From assembly GCF_018977255.1 (NCBI RefSeq), contig NW_024704743.1:5272001-5336000 (forward strand): a stretch of DNA of 64,000 bases. The letters are read 5' to 3'. The stretch comes from Callorhinchus milii (taxonomy: Eukaryota). Each line of letters opens with the position of its first letter. Position 1 is the first letter of the stretch. The position numbers and the translations under genes are program-made. The notes beneath the pieces are model-generated. The model was not told the origin of the DNA, did no database searches, and worked only from the letters and a program-made list of their open reading frames with translations. Positions 32,991 to 47,265 of the stretch are shown here, one piece after another.

Positions 32991-35900
32991 AAGTGAGAGC
33001 TAAAGACGTGTATTTCATTTTTCAGAAGTTTACGATTAATAAGGATGTTGATTGTCATTGCTTTTGATTTCTACACTGAGATGAAAATGTTTAATTTATA
33101 GACCTACTCATTTTTTTTTTACAAATGCAGATCTGTTTTCTGATGGAACCTGGTACAGCCCTAACACAGGAGTGTAACAAACTCACTCACTGTCTCTGGC
33201 TAGCGTGGGTTCCCACTTCGGAATAGAAACCCAAACATTCATAGAATTAGGAGAAGGCATTCAGCCCCTCGAGCCTGTTCCCCCATTCTATAAGATCCAT
33301 GGCTGATCTGTACCTCAAGCTGGTGGTGGAGTGGAGGGTAAGCGGGTCAGGTGTGTAGGGAGGTGCGAGGACATGAAGCTGATTTGAAAACGAGTGAAAG
33401 GATCTTGAAATCAATCCATTGGGTGATTGGGAGGCAGTGGAGCCTGGCAAGGACTGGTGTGATGGGGGTACGGGGTTTTGTGCGGGTGAGTATCTGAGAT
33501 GCTGCCCTGCAAGGAAGAGCACTATATAAATGCAAGGTTTTAAAAAAATCCCCGAAGGGGCAATGCCCTGGTATAGGGCAGGGGATCAGGCCTACACTAA
33601 AACCCCAGTGCTGTGGATGGCTACTGCAGCTCAGGCCTGTTGCTGCTGATGAACTAAATATGTAATGATATAAACAGTTTACATGTGTGTCAATAATCCA
33701 GTCAATAATCCAGTCAATCAACTTCATATCCTTCCTTTCCAATCTGCTCTGCAACCATGTGCCCTGGGAATAGTACCTGATCTGACAAAAATCAATCCAC
33801 ATTGACTGTTAATAAGAGCTTTTTCTGTGTGTAAAAGGCTATCCAACCCATTGGTGCACTGACCAGTTTACTGGACTTATAGGGGGAGGGATTGGCAGAA
33901 CATTATTGGGGCCGAGGCTTTGCTTACAGACGAAACGTGGTCCTAGCTGGACAAGTCGATTGGCAGATCACTCTCCAGGGGTAATAAACCCTCCAAAAAA
34001 AAATAATAACAATAAATTGGTCACTTCAATCCACGACTGTCCGTGGGAGACTCTGCTGTGCGCAATTGGCTGCCGCGTTTCGCCCACAAAATATACAGTC
34101 AGTTAACTTTACAGTGTATCCTGTGAAGTGCTTTGAGACGCGATGACCCAACCTGATAGGGTCTGGAGGCAGCGACATTGACACCAACATTTTTAGGGTG
34201 TGCTTGATGTCGGTACTTTTATGTGGCTCAAGAGATGTGGACCCCCCTGAAGAGAGACTCAGACGCGATTCAAGCATTCCACATAACTATAACACTAATC
34301 CATGCATCTGATGCAGCGTCTCATCGCGTCTTCGAGATGTCTCAAAGCGTTTCACAGAATATACTGTGAAGTGAATTGACTGTATATGTTGTGGCGAAAT
34401 GTGATGCCAGCGTCGGATTTTTGGAATGCTTTGGTTCAGCCGTGTTGCACTGTCGGCTCAGACCAGGTAATCCCACATGTGCAGTGACACAGGGGTCAAT
34501 TACACTTTGGACATGTCCGCCGGATGGACAAACGGTTGCCTGCTCTCTGTTCTCTCTGACTTGCTGTTCCGACGAACCGTGGCTCAAGTCCGGAGCCACC
34601 CGGAGGCAGCCTCGGGGGTGAGAGTTCAGGGGTGATTCGGGCTTTGAACCTCGGGATGCACGGTTGATCGTTGAGTGTGATCGGTTGTAGTGGAGATCGC
34701 GACAATCCAACCACGGTCATGCGCAGTTGTGGTAGCAGTCATAACCCCCTTCATTAAAGCGGATAATCAATGTCCTACATTGGTGTGATCATGCAGAAAA
34801 TTTCTGGTCTCAGCTTCCTTGTGGCTAAGCCAGTTTTCAGTCCAGCTTTCTGTTTTCTGATTTGCCATGTGTTCCATCATGGAATTATTTGGCTCCTGTC
34901 TATCCCTATGACCCTGGTCTGGCCCCCGGTTACAGAGAGACGGCCAAAGGTCGGGTGAGCATGGATGGGAGTTTCATTAAACCTGGATGTCACATTCTAA
35001 CCCTCTGCAGGACCCAGTCTCATGAAATGCTTCTCTTGAAGACATTAATAAATGATCAGTTAAGAAACTGGTAGCATTAGAGAGCAACATAAATAACATT
35101 CTACATCAGTCAATGTCACATGTTGATCAATACCATGAACTAGTGAAACCAAACTCCTAAAAGACCATTTATATGAAGGTTCATTTGAACGTTTCTTCCC
35201 ATTGTTTTAGTGACAACGTAATGTCATCCCAATATACCCAGTGTGTGGTGATATCATGATATACCCAGGTCCTCTTGCCTTCCATGGTGATGGGTTTCTG
35301 TGGGTGTCAGACACCCGGCTGACAAACCAAATTGAAGACAAGATCCCTCTTGTTTAAGCATAAGAGCCAAAAATCTCCCAGATCAAATTGGTCAATCACT
35401 TTATGGCTGTTTGTGGATGTCGCTGTGTGCAAATTGACTGCTTTATTTGCCTACAAAGACACAGTCACTACACTTTGCAGTAAAATCCTGTGAAGTGCTT
35501 TGAGACTTCCCCAGCGGCTAAATCAAACACATGGATTATAATTGTTTCAAACATCCCCAATCAATCATAAAGGCTTTAAAGGGAATTAGGCAAATATTTG
35601 AAAAGGAGAAATATTAAAATAATATTATGGAGAACAAGCAAGGAAGTGGAACTGAATGGGCAGCTCTTTCAGTGAACAAGAACCCAGTGACAGCGAGCCA
35701 GCACAGACACAATTGTGCAAGGTCTGAGTTGCTGACAATTCTATGATAACCCCTTCACCTAGTTATCTGCAAGAAAATAACCTGAGCCCACCCAGCCACA
35801 GCTTTAACACAATCTTCTCATACTCTCACCCCTCCATCTCACCCTCAATACCATCACCACCACCACAACAATAAGTTAGTTTAACTTCTCCTCTACTGTC

Positions 35901-36299
35901 CTTACCCAAAGTTAAAGCCACGGAGAAGAATGTGTGCCTTGTGGGACTTGAGCGACATGGGGAAGGAAATCTCTGAGGAGTTGCAGCGTGGTGCAAGCGT
36001 TTTGCATTTCAGAATTAATCAACTTCACACACTACTGTTTTGGTGCCTTTTACATTTTATAGGTTATTAAAGAGACAGGATTTTAGTTCGACCTACTTCA
36101 TCTGTTTCGGTTTTAAGCTATATTACTTTCAAATTCTGAGGACTGAAATCGCTCAATGTCTCACCTAAAACTATTGTTCTAGGGTTGTTTTCTCAAATCA
36201 GTTTAACATTTTACACACCTCTATGAAGATCCCCTCTGAAACATCTCTCTTCAAGGCTGAAGAGCCCTACCTTAGCTAGTCAGTAGGTAGTAAATTATA

Positions 36300-36800
36300 A
36301 AAAGGATATTGCAGCGATCGAGAGGATACAGAGGAGGGCAAACAAATTGATTGAGGGGCTGGAAGGACTGGACTACGAGAAGTGATTAATTAAACTGGGT
36401 TTGTTCACACTGGAGAAGAGAAGGTTGAGGCATATAGATTATGGTCTTTAAGATTCTGAAGGGAATAGGTAATGCAGACCACGAGAAGCTGTTTTATCCT
36501 GTACTGAACAGTAGAACCAGAGGACACAGCCTACGATTGAAGCGGGGTAAATTCAGAACAAATCCGCGGAAACACTACTTCAGTGAGAAAATAGTAAACG
36601 TATGGAACAGGCTCCCCAGGGAGACTGTGGAAGCAGAAAATGTTCTTTATTTCAAGAACAAATTTAATAGATTTCTGTTAAGAAATAATATCTCGGGATA
36701 CAGTATATAGTTTGGGACACGACATGTCATGCGACTGCCAGGATGGTGGATGGCGAACTAGATGGACCTTGGTCTTTTTTGCCGAGAAATTTCTTATGCT
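36300..36800 (+). mobile_element. CR1 3' fragment
   Basis: KDIAAIERIQRRA..LIEGL, RTRGHSLRL, HYFSEKIVNVWNRLP. Confidence 0.85.
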
Positions 36801-39800
36801 GTTGTATCATTATAGCTTATTCCTCTAACACTGCGATCATCTTCGTTGCTGGGTTCTGCGTCACCTCCAGGGTCTGCCAACTTCATTTATGTCGTTGTGA
36901 CCAGGACTGCTTACATGCAGTACTCTAGGTGCGGCCTGACTAGAGCAAGCTAAAGCTTAAGTATAACTTCTAACCATTGGAACTGAACCTATTTGGCAAT
37001 ATAGCCCAGCAATTTATTGCTGCCTCACACTATTTGGAGCTGGTGAGTCCCATGTCAACCAACACAATGTGAAATCCAGAGAGAAGAATGACTGGCTTGA
37101 GGGACTCAGGCTTCGATGAGGCAAGCGTTCACCTACAGTCATTACACTTTACACTGAGTCCTATGACGGGCTTTGAGATGCCTTCCTGACGTGTAAGGTA
37201 TCCACATCAAATGCAAGGATTATTATTAGGTTTATTTGAGCATGCTTACTTCTCTTTCATCTTCCACTTTGTTAAGTTCTCATTCCTTCTCTGCCTCACT
37301 TTCCATTCATTTTGCTTTGCCTGGCTCAGTCGTAGCGCTCACGATGCTGAGCCTAAATGTCATGGGTTTAAGCCCCACATGCCCAGACCTTCAGCTCACA
37401 GGCTAGGCTGACGCTCCAGACAGCATTGTCCTGGGGACATTGCATTGTTGGAGGTGTTGTCCTTCAGATGAGATGTAAAAATCAAGGGCCCGTCTGCCTG
37501 TTCAGACGGATATTAAAGATCCTGTGCCATTTACTGGAGTTTCCAATGTCCTGGCCAACAGGCTCCAGATTAATCGGTCATTCACCTTATGGTTGTGTGT
37601 GGGACTTTGCTGTGTGCAAAGTCGCTGTCACGGTTGACTACAAAAAACAGTCGCAAGATCATAAGAGGGGTTTAGATGAAGAATATCAATAGGTTTTCAG
37701 CCAATTCAAGAACATCTTTGCAGAACACCCACCATCCTCCCATAACAACATCAAACTAGTTCTGAAATCAGTCCAGTGCCCTGGCCTCAGCCACCCTTCC
37801 CGGTAACCCCCTGTGCCAGCCTTTAAATTCCCTCCGTGTCAAGAAGTACTTCTTGTGTCTGACCTGAAATAGCCCTTTGCCCACTGTGAACCTGTGTCCC
37901 ATTGTCCCACTGCACTTGAGAAGGATTATTGTCAAGAGGGATTTATCGACGTGTAAGACATCAGAAAAATGCAAATCTTGCTCAATGCAATCAGCACACA
38001 ACAACTTGCATAGAAACAAAGGCCTAGCCTTGTTCACACATGTTGCCACTGACACGGATGTTGATGTAAACAAGGAGTTAAGTGCCTGACTAATTGGTAC
38101 ATTTTATTCCCAGAGACCAGCTTAATATCCACATCTAGCGAATTAGCCAGAGCCACCACCTGCCATCCTCCCAAGGAATTCCCTGTCCACCAATACCCAT
38201 AGCCATTCCCTGTCCTCTAACACCAATAGGGAATGGAGGAAGAGCTGCACGGCATTGTCCTCAGGATGAGATGTTAAACTGAGGTCACGCCTGCCTGTTC
38301 GGGGGGAACTTTGATAATCCTGAGACACAGTAAGAAAAGAAATCTGGGGGAAGAACCATCAGCCTTGCCCATCTCATTCTTTCCAGCGTACCCACCCTCC
38401 ATCCTCCCATTACAGCATCACGGCATTTCATAAATGAGTCCCAGCGTCCTGGTCTCAAACGTGCCTCCTGGTAACCCTGTTCCAGTCATTAACCGGGAAA
38501 GGATTTTTCTCCCGGTGTCTTGGCCTTTCGATATAAGCCGACTCTTAATGGGAACCTTGCTGGGTGCAAATTGGTGGCTGAGTTTGTTTATATAAAAAAA
38601 GCAGTCACTACGCTCGAGAACAACTTGCACTTACGCAGCGCCCTTCACGCAGGATAGCGTGTCAGAGCGCTGCACAGTGGACATCAAGCAAGGGAGAAGG
38701 AAGGGGGTGAGCGTAGGTACGGCTGAAGTCTTCACGTGGGATTTATAGATGGATAAAAAGAAGGTGAGGCAGAGGGAATGGAGCAGCGAGTGCCTGAGGT
38801 TAGGGCACAGAGACGGTGACATTGATAGCAATGAAGGACTTTGGCAGCCTGGTAAAGTGCTGCAATGGTGCAAGTACTTTCTTCTACTTTTATGAAGTGA
38901 CTCTGTATAATTGAATATTAGTGAAGTGAATGGGCCTGTTCCCTGCAGTGGGCTGCCTGGGGTTTTGGAGCCTGAGCGCAGAAGGCATTTCAGAGTCACA
39001 TCAGCTTTGCTGGGGGTCCCCAGTGAGCCGCTGTGTTTGAGCTGGGGGAGAAGCTCATCTGGATTGCGAAGAGAAAGGCAATTAATTCCTCCCTTCAACG
39101 CCCCCCTCCCCCCACACACACATTCCGTCAGCATCTTCCCCTGAGGATGTGCTGGGTTTTATCAGTAGTGACTTGTGAAGTGTTTAGCAGCAGAGGTGTA
39201 ATCGCTCTGAGCACAGGAGTGAAGCTGATAATGAGCCTTTTAGCACTTCAGATGGTGTAGTTAACGTGGATTAGCCATTAAGGGTTTAGCAATACATCAG
39301 TTAGTGATAGACTAAAAGAAGGTTCACATAACAGATTTGCCTTGTGCAGTGAATGAAACTTCACCCATGCTTATACGGGTATCAGTAGTCTTTAATGATT
39401 ATAACAATAAAAATTGTCCTTGCATCCCACTCAGCTCCTGTTAACCCTGCAAGCCAAAAAGAGAGTGCGGATTCCATTCTAACAATCTATCTCTGGGATT
39501 TCCACGTGCAGATGGGATGCATGGAAATCTCAGCTTGGTTTGGATACTCTTAAGCACCGCGATGGGTTTCGGCTTGTGTCAGACACCCGGCTGACCAAAA
39601 AAATACAAACTCCCTCCTTTTTTGGAATAGTGCCTTTAACGTCCGCCTGAACAGGCGGATGGGTCCTCGGTTTAAACATCTCATCTGAAGGATGGCACCT
39701 CTGACAATGCAACTATCTGCAACACTGGAGTGAGGGTCATCTTAGACTATGTAATTCCAAGTCCAGACGTGTGGCTTGAACCCCAACTTTCTGACTCAGA

Positions 39801-40469
39801 GGTGAGATGACCGGTTGTCAAGTGTAGTGACTGCGTATTTGTAGGCAAACGCCCACCAGTTTGCGCACAGCAAGGTCCCACTAACAGTAAAAAGTGTTAG
39901 TATTGGCGTTGGAGGTGCTGTCCTTGGATGAGACGTGAAACAAGGTCTTTCAGTGAATGCTATAGGTGCTGTAAAACTATTGGAAAAGAGAAAGGAGTTA
40001 TTCCTGGTTTCCTGGGCTGGCAATCCTCCTCCATCTGATAGCTGCTTGGGGAACTTTGCTTTGTGCCAAAATGGCTAGAGAGACAGTCACTACACTTGAC
40101 AGAATTTACTTTGCAGTCTGACTTCCCAAGTATCTATCCATCTTCCTCTTGAGAATCTCAATCGATTCAATCAATTGCTGTGCTGGCTGAGAGCAGCTAA
40201 GTCAGCAGAGACATGGGCTAACATGGCTCACTAGCAAAATAATTTTTTTTACCAACAGGCAATGGAAGAAGCCAGAGTGCCGAAATATCTATCGCCCTGT
40301 CTCAGTCCATGAGAGCAGTTTTACATTAAAATGTCACAGTGCAGAATTGTGCACATTCGTAATTTCAGTCCTAATTATGAAGCCATTTTTCATTTTTAAG
40401 AAATGACTCCAAATTAAAGCTACAGTTAAGATAATTTAATATAGTTAGCAACAAAAACACAGAGGGGAG

Positions 40470-40732
40470 ATGAGGAGATTTTTTTTTACACACAGAAAGT
40501 TGTTGCGGCCTGGAATGCAATGCCTGAAAGGGTGGTGGAAGCAAATTGAGTAAGGATTTTCAAAAGGGAATTGGATAGGTATGTGAAGAGGAAAATTTTG
40601 CAAGGATATGGGGCAAGAGTGGGGGAGTGGGACTGAGTGTGTAACTCTCCCAAGAGGTCTTCAAAAGAGCTGGCACAGGCACGATGGGGAGAATAGCCTC
40701 CTTCTGTGCTGTAATATTCTACGAATCTATGA
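40470..40732 (+). mobile_element. CR1 3'-end fragment
   Basis: Same family as 5905-6122. Confidence 0.8.
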
Positions 40733-41629
40733 GTCTGCTCTATAAATGTAATAGTTTTCCACAATTCTGCTCCCTCTTAAATTCTAAGGTAACATCTAGA
40801 CTGATGCTTCAGTCCAGTGTTGGGGGAATGCTGAGTTATCAGAGGTGCTGTCCTTTGGCTGAGATATTAAACCCAGGTCCTATCTGTGTCGGTTCAGGTG
40901 GATGTTAAAGATCCCGTGGCACTACTGGAAAAGGGAAGGGAGTTTCTTTCTCCCAGTGTCCTGGCAGACAATCCTCCAGTTTAACTGGTCATTCATTTCA
41001 TGGTTGATTGTGGGCCATGCCAGAAAGCGATATCAATGGCAAGCTCTGTGGTTTTGGCTGGTTACAACAACACACGCTCTGGGGTCCCCAAGCCTTGGCT
41101 CTTGCCAACCTGCGCCTAATACTTTCCGGAATTAGGTAAACAGGAAGCATCCCTCCAGAGAGAGAGAGAGAGAGTGCACGTTCCATTCCAACCTTCTATC
41201 TCTGGGAATTCCATGTGTAGGAGGTATCCATGGAAATCTCAGTTTGGTTTGGATACTTGTAAGCACCGTGATGGGTTTCTGTATCAAATTAACCGCTTGT
41301 TTGTCTACAAACGCACAATCACTGCACATCACTGATTGCCTGTGAAGCACTTTAAGACTGTTTATTTATTATAGTGGTCTCCCCCAGAAGCTCAGACCAG
41401 ATAAAATCCCAGACCCCTATTTACTCCCACTGAATATGCTGGCATCAAACATCCCATAGAGGTTCTCTAGTCACTTCCAGAGCTCAGTCGAGTGTCTAAC
41501 TTGGTGCCTATTTCCAAGCGATGATCAGTCTGTTTTTTGGGAGGGTTGGGGAAGGGATGTGTGTGTGTGTGAATGAAGAGGCTTCAGGCTGGGACATACT
41601 GTGCGCTGCCTTCTCAATATAATATATAT

Positions 41630-41997
41630 CATAATAATAATCCTTGTATTTGATACAACGCCCCTTCACATCTTCTAGACGTCTCAAAGCGCTTCACAGA
41701 ATATACTGTAAAGTGAATTGACCGTATATTTTGAGGGCAAAACGTGGCAGCCAGTTGCGCACAGCAATGTCCCACTGTTTAGTTGTGGATTGAGTGACAA
41801 AATTATTATTATTATTTATTTATCATTTTATTTTGAAGGGATTATTACCCCTAGAAAAGCGATCTGCTAATCGACTAACAACTGGGTTCCTACTTACTGC
41901 TAGGTCAACTGAGGCAATATTTCGCCCTGCCCGGGAATCGAACCCAGGTCTTTTTGCTTGTGAGGCGAGTGCTCTAACCACTAAACTGCAGGACTCA
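41630..41997 (-). mobile_element. Full-length tRNA-headed SINE
   Basis: Head, body and tail present. Confidence 0.88.
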
Positions 41998-42584
41998 ATG
42001 GTGCCAGGGGATGTGCCTTCTGTTAGGTTCGCCTCTCACATCTCTGACTGGCACAGAGGAAGGAAGCTCCTGCTGGGACATATCGATTACCAGCAGCGGG
42101 TCTGGGTTTCTGACATACAATGATGAACTGGTCACCAGCCAGTAACGGAGCCCGTCCGAGGCTACAGGGGAAACAGGAACCAGAGCGAGCACCTGGCCCG
42201 AGAGCGTGTGGCTGAGCTGTTACCTGACCAGCCTCACACCAGCCTGGCTCATCAATTAATCAGCGGCTTCCCTGCTTTTCATTTATGTTTTTTTTTTGTC
42301 TCTTTAAATATTTATTGGCTGATTATTACTGAGTTTTAAGTGGTGTTTTATGTGCTTAGAAATTCACCGTTCTCAGAACGGCTCGTTTTTAAAAGGGAGA
42401 AAGCAAAGAGAGCAGAGCAGCGATTGAGGGTCCAAACCCAACACTTTGTGGCGTCCGTTAGCTCAGCGATTAGAGCGCTCGACTGCCAAGAGAGAGGACC
42501 TGGGTTCGATTCCCGGGCAGGGCGAAACGTTGGGCAAGTTTCCTTACTCCACACACCTCACCACACCTGGCAGTAAGTAGGAAC

Positions 42585-42965
42585 CCGCCTTTTTCCATCT
42601 CTGCCACATTGCCCGCCTCTGTCCGTACCTCACAACCAATGCAGCCGAAATTCTCTTCCACGCCTTCGTCGCTTCCCTGCTGGACTATCCCAATGCCCTC
42701 CTCTCTGGTCTCCCCAGTAGAACCATACACAAAATCCAATTAATTCAAAACTCTGGCGCCCGGATACTCTCTCACACGAAACTCCGTACCTCCATCACAC
42801 CAGTCCTAGCCAGGCTCCACTGGATCCCAATCACTGAACGGATCGACTTCAAGATCCTCTCACTCGTTTTCAAATCTCTTCATTCCCTCGCACCTTCCTA
42901 CCTATCCCATCTGTTTACCCCCCACTCCACCAACCAATGCTTTCGCTCAGCCGATTCCAGCCTCC
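42585..42965 (+). mobile_element. L2 RT C-terminal fragment, flanked by two SINE heads
   Basis: Reads as FFHLCHIARLCPYL...LLDYPNALLSGLP...LIQNSGARIL...LHWIPITERIDFKIL. Confidence 0.8.
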
Positions 42966-43694
42966 AACAGCAGTGTCCCATAAACAGTTCTGGATTGAGT
43001 GACCAAATCATTATTATTATTTTTTGTGAAGGGATTATTATCCCCGGAAAAGCCATCTGCCAATCGACTAAGAACCGGGTTCTTGCTTACTGCTAGGTAA
43101 ACAGAGGCGTGTGGAGTTCACCCAATGTTTCGCCCTGCCTGGGAATCAAACCCAGGTCCTCTCACTTGCAAGGCGAGTGCTCTAACCACTGAGCTACAAG
43201 ACTAGATGGAGGCAGCAGAATAGCTCAGGCAAGTGTTTATGTGATAATCTCCTTTCTTCTGCTTGACTTAAGGAGTCAAAGGATGGTGTCCACAGGGTGG
43301 AAAGTTTACACTGCTCTGGCAGGAGGGGAAGAGTGGAGCGAGTTTGGGAACAGCCACCAGAGACACACATACAATATACATCATTCACTGCAGCTACATT
43401 ATCCCCAGGCCTGAGGGGACATATCTCACACACCTCACACAGCCCAACCATACCAAAACCCCTGAAACACCGTCAAGAAAGATTTAATTTGAGATTGAAT
43501 CTCTGCACCTTTCCGTCCAAAGATGAAGCAATTGAATGTTTCAATCCAACGGAGACTGACAGAGAGAGAGCGAGAGAGAGAGAGAGACCAGGCTGCTCAG
43601 ACTAGTGTGAGGGCTGAGAAGGATAGAAACCATAAGATAAGCTGCAGCTCTTCAGTCTTGAAACGAGCGTCACACAGAGATTTATTATTATTAT

Positions 43695-44624
43695 TTTTTG
43701 GTCAGCCGGGTATTTGACACAAGCAGAAATCCATCATCGTTGCTTAAGAGTATCCAAACCAAGCTGAGATTTCCATGGATCCCTCCTGCACATGGAAATC
43801 CCAGCAATAGATTGTTGGAATGGAATGCGCACTCTCTCCCTGGAGGAATGTAACCTCCTTATCTAATTCCTTACCTCCTTACCTAAATACCTATTAGGTG
43901 CAGGTTGGCAAACGCCAAGGCTTGGGGACCCCAGAGTGTGTGTTGGGGTAACTGCTGGGATCTAACCAACTAAAACTGCATTGTTTAATAATAATAATAA
44001 TAATAATCCTTGCATTTGATATAGCGCTTTTCACGTCGGGAGGACGTCCCAAAGCGCTTCACAGAACACACTGTAAAGTGAATTGACTGTATATTTGTGG
44101 GCAAACGCGGCAGCCAATTGCGCACAGCAATGTCCCACAAACAGTCGTAGATTGAAAATGACCAATTTATTATTATTGTTTGGTTTTGGAGGGATTATTA
44201 TTAGTCGTGTGGAGTAAGGAAACTTGCCCAAGGTTTCGCCCTCTGCCTGGAATTGAACTCAGGTCTCTCGCTTGCAAAGCGAGTGCTCAACCATTGAGCT
44301 ACAGGACTCCACACCGTTGATATTGCTGTCTGGCAAGCTTTCCCATGGCTTGTCCAGCTAGGACTACCCTACCTGTTAGAGCTTTGGCTTGCGGGTTAAC
44401 AGGAGTTGAGTGGGATGACTCCCTTCCCCCAGTGACCAGTCTATCCTTCCAGGTCCTGCCATTGAGCCAGGCCGGGCTGTGCTCTCATCATCATTCGTGC
44501 CCTGGAATACTGCATATCCACCTGGCTCAAGAACCGGTCTAGAGATCGTCACAGAGGGCTGGCTCGAGTCTGACATTTCACTGCTAGGCATGTCACCTTG
44601 GAGCCAGTTCAGCTCCAGGGAGAC
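43695..44624 (-). mobile_element. Hairpin-rich repeat family, full-length copy split by a SINE
   Basis: 43695-43980 and 44317-44624 join into the complete element. Confidence 0.85.
43986..44311 (-). mobile_element. Full-length young SINE nested inside a copy of the structured repeat
   Basis: Near-identical to 2450-2775; splits the element at 43695-44624. Confidence 0.9.
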
Positions 44625-45546
44625 CCCACTTACCTCTCCCCCCCTGAGGATAGACTCATAGGGACCTGACCAAGGTGCTGTGTATAAGATGATAAATGGG
44701 GCTGATGATAAAATTTACCCACAACAATGCTTTCAGATACGCCAGGCACAGCAGGACCGGTAGCCCGATATGAAGTGCCAACAAGAGGGGCGTTACATTG
44801 GGCAAGTTTCCGTACTCCACACGCCTCTGTTTACCTCGCAGTACGTAGGAACCCGGTTGTTCATCGATTGGCGGATCGCTTTTTCTTAAAAAAAATGCGG
44901 TCACTCAATCCACGACTGTTTGTGGGACACTGCTGTGCGCAATTGGCTGACATTTCTCCTAATCTCCCCATTTGCTCGTTTACTAACTATTTTTGTGTCA
45001 GCCGGACTCAGTTTTAGCACTCTTGCCTCTGAGTCAGAAGGTTGTGGGTTCAAGCCCCACGTGGTATTTCTCTCTCTCTGTGTCTTGGCCATCAATCCCA
45101 CAAATAAAATTGATCATTTACTCCATGACTGTTTGTGGGGCACTGCTGTAGGCAAAACTGGCTGCTGCGTTTTGCACACAAAATATGGATCAATCCACTT
45201 TACCGTATATCCTTTGAAGCGCTTTGAGACGTCACGATGATGCGATAAGGCGCTGTATCAAATGCAAGGATTATTATTATCTTAAATTGATGCTCTCCAG
45301 TTACTGACTCACCGATCAGATGGAGATTAAACATCCCATGGCACTATTGGAAAAGAGAAGGGAGTTTCTTTCTCCCGGTGTCCTGGCCAACAATCTCAGA
45401 GATAAAAGGTGTCATTCACTTCATGGCTGTGAAAGGCGCTATACAAATGTAATTGTGTTGTTGTTGTTTGGGGGATGTTGCTGTGTGTAATTGGCTGCCA
45501 GGTTCGCCCACAAAATACAGTCACTATATTTTGCATTAAATACTAT

Positions 45547-45868
45547 AATAATAATAATAATAATCCTTGCATTTGATATAATGCTTTTCACGCCTTCTCG
45601 ACGTCTCAAAGCGCTTCACAGGTTATGCTGTAAAGTGAATTGACTGTATATTTGTGGGCGAAACGCGGCAGCCAATTGCGCACAGCAGCGTCCCACAAAC
45701 AGTCGTGGATTGAAAATGACCAATTTATTATTGTTTTGTTTTGGAGGGATTATTATTAGGCTCTGTGTGGAGTAAGGAAACTTGCCCACGGTTTCGCCCT
45801 GACTGGAATTGAACCCAGGTGTCCCGCTTGCAAGGCGAGTGCTCTAACTACTGAGCTACAGGACTCCA
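45547..45868 (-). mobile_element. Full-length tRNA-headed SINE
   Basis: Head, body and tail present. Confidence 0.88.
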
Positions 45869-45927
45869 ACTACACTCCAACTATACTATACTATCTCCCT
45901 CCTTCCCTCCCTCCCTCCCCCCTTCAA

Positions 45928-46472
45928 TTATAGAATACTACAGCAGAGAAGGAGGCCACTTGACCCATCGTGCCTGTGCCCACTCTTTGGAAGTGCTACC
46001 CAATCAGTCCCACTCCCTAACTCATACTCTTCAAGTACCTATCCAATTCCCTTTTGAAAGTTGTTATCAAAAGTATTCCCACCAGCCTTTCAGGCACTGT
46101 ATTCCAGACCGTAGCAACTCTCTGTGTAAAAAAAGTCTCCTCACCTCCCCCCTGTGGTTCTTTTACCAATTATCTTAAATCTACGTCCTCTGGTTACCGA
46201 CCCACCCGAGTGGAAGCAGTTTCTCCCTATTTACTCTATCAAAACCCCTCGTAATTTTGAACACCTCTATTAAATCTCCTCTTAACCTTCTCTGTTCTAA
46301 GGAAAGTAATCGTATCTTCTCTAATCTCTCCATATATCTAAAATCCCTCATCTCTGATACCATTCTGGTAAATCTCCTCTGCACCCTCGCCAAGGCCTTG
46401 ATATTCTTCCCAAAGTGTGGTGCCCAGAATTGGACACAATACTCCAGCCGAGGCCTAACCAGTGACTTATAA
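45928..46472 (-). mobile_element. CR1 3' fragment
   Basis: LYKSLVRPRLEYCVQFWAPHF...LEQRRLRGDLIEVFKI plus tail. Confidence 0.9.
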
Positions 46473-46827
46473 AGAACAGTGTAGAGAGGGGGAGTGAAAA
46501 TAGAGAAAAATAGTGGTTTTATACTAAAATAAATGCCAGCCAAGTGGGGGTGGGGGGTTGGGGTTGCGGTGATATGAACATGACAAGAGCTGAGCCTCTC
46601 CCACCCCCACCCCCCCCCACTCTCTGCTTTGGCTGGCTTTAATGTTTAATGTGAACAGGATCTGAATTAAAAATGTATATTCCTGCACCCCCAGCCCCCC
46701 CCACTCACCCCTCCACTCCACGTTGATCTATAAGACACAAGAGCGAATTGTTAAGTGCAGTTAGGTCTGACAGGCATTCAGGACAGGAGCTATCTTAATT
46801 ATTGATCTCACTCTCACATTCTCGCTG

Positions 46828-46862
<35 letters not shown>

Positions 46863-46884
46863 CGCGTACAAGTCAACTCATCTG

Positions 46885-47265
46885 TGGAGTCCTGTAGTTT
46901 AATGGTTAGAGCGCGCGCCTCACAAGTGAGAGGACTGGGTTCGATTCCTGGGCAGGGCGAAACATTGGGCAAGTTTCCTTACTCCACACGCTTCTGTTTA
47001 TTTAGAAGTTACCGGTTGTTGTTAGTCGATTGGTGGATCGCTTTTTCGGGGGTATTAATCCCTTCAAAAAAAACTAATAATAATAATTGTGTCCATGACT
47101 GTTTGTGGGACGCTGCTGTGCACAATTGGCTTTCAGGTTTTGCCCACAAATTATACAGTCAATTTACTTTACAGTATATTCTAAGAAGCGCTTTGAGACG
47201 TCTCAAAGTCACGATAACAAATGCAAGGATTATTATTATTATTATTAGTAGTATTATTATTATTA
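46885..47265 (+). mobile_element. Full-length tRNA-headed SINE
   Basis: Head, body and tail present. Confidence 0.88.

Noticed and set aside
40195..40207. MARE-like site (TGCTGACTTAGCT on the minus strand)
   Set aside because: Two mismatches to the palindromic MARE; plausible by chance in 64 kb.
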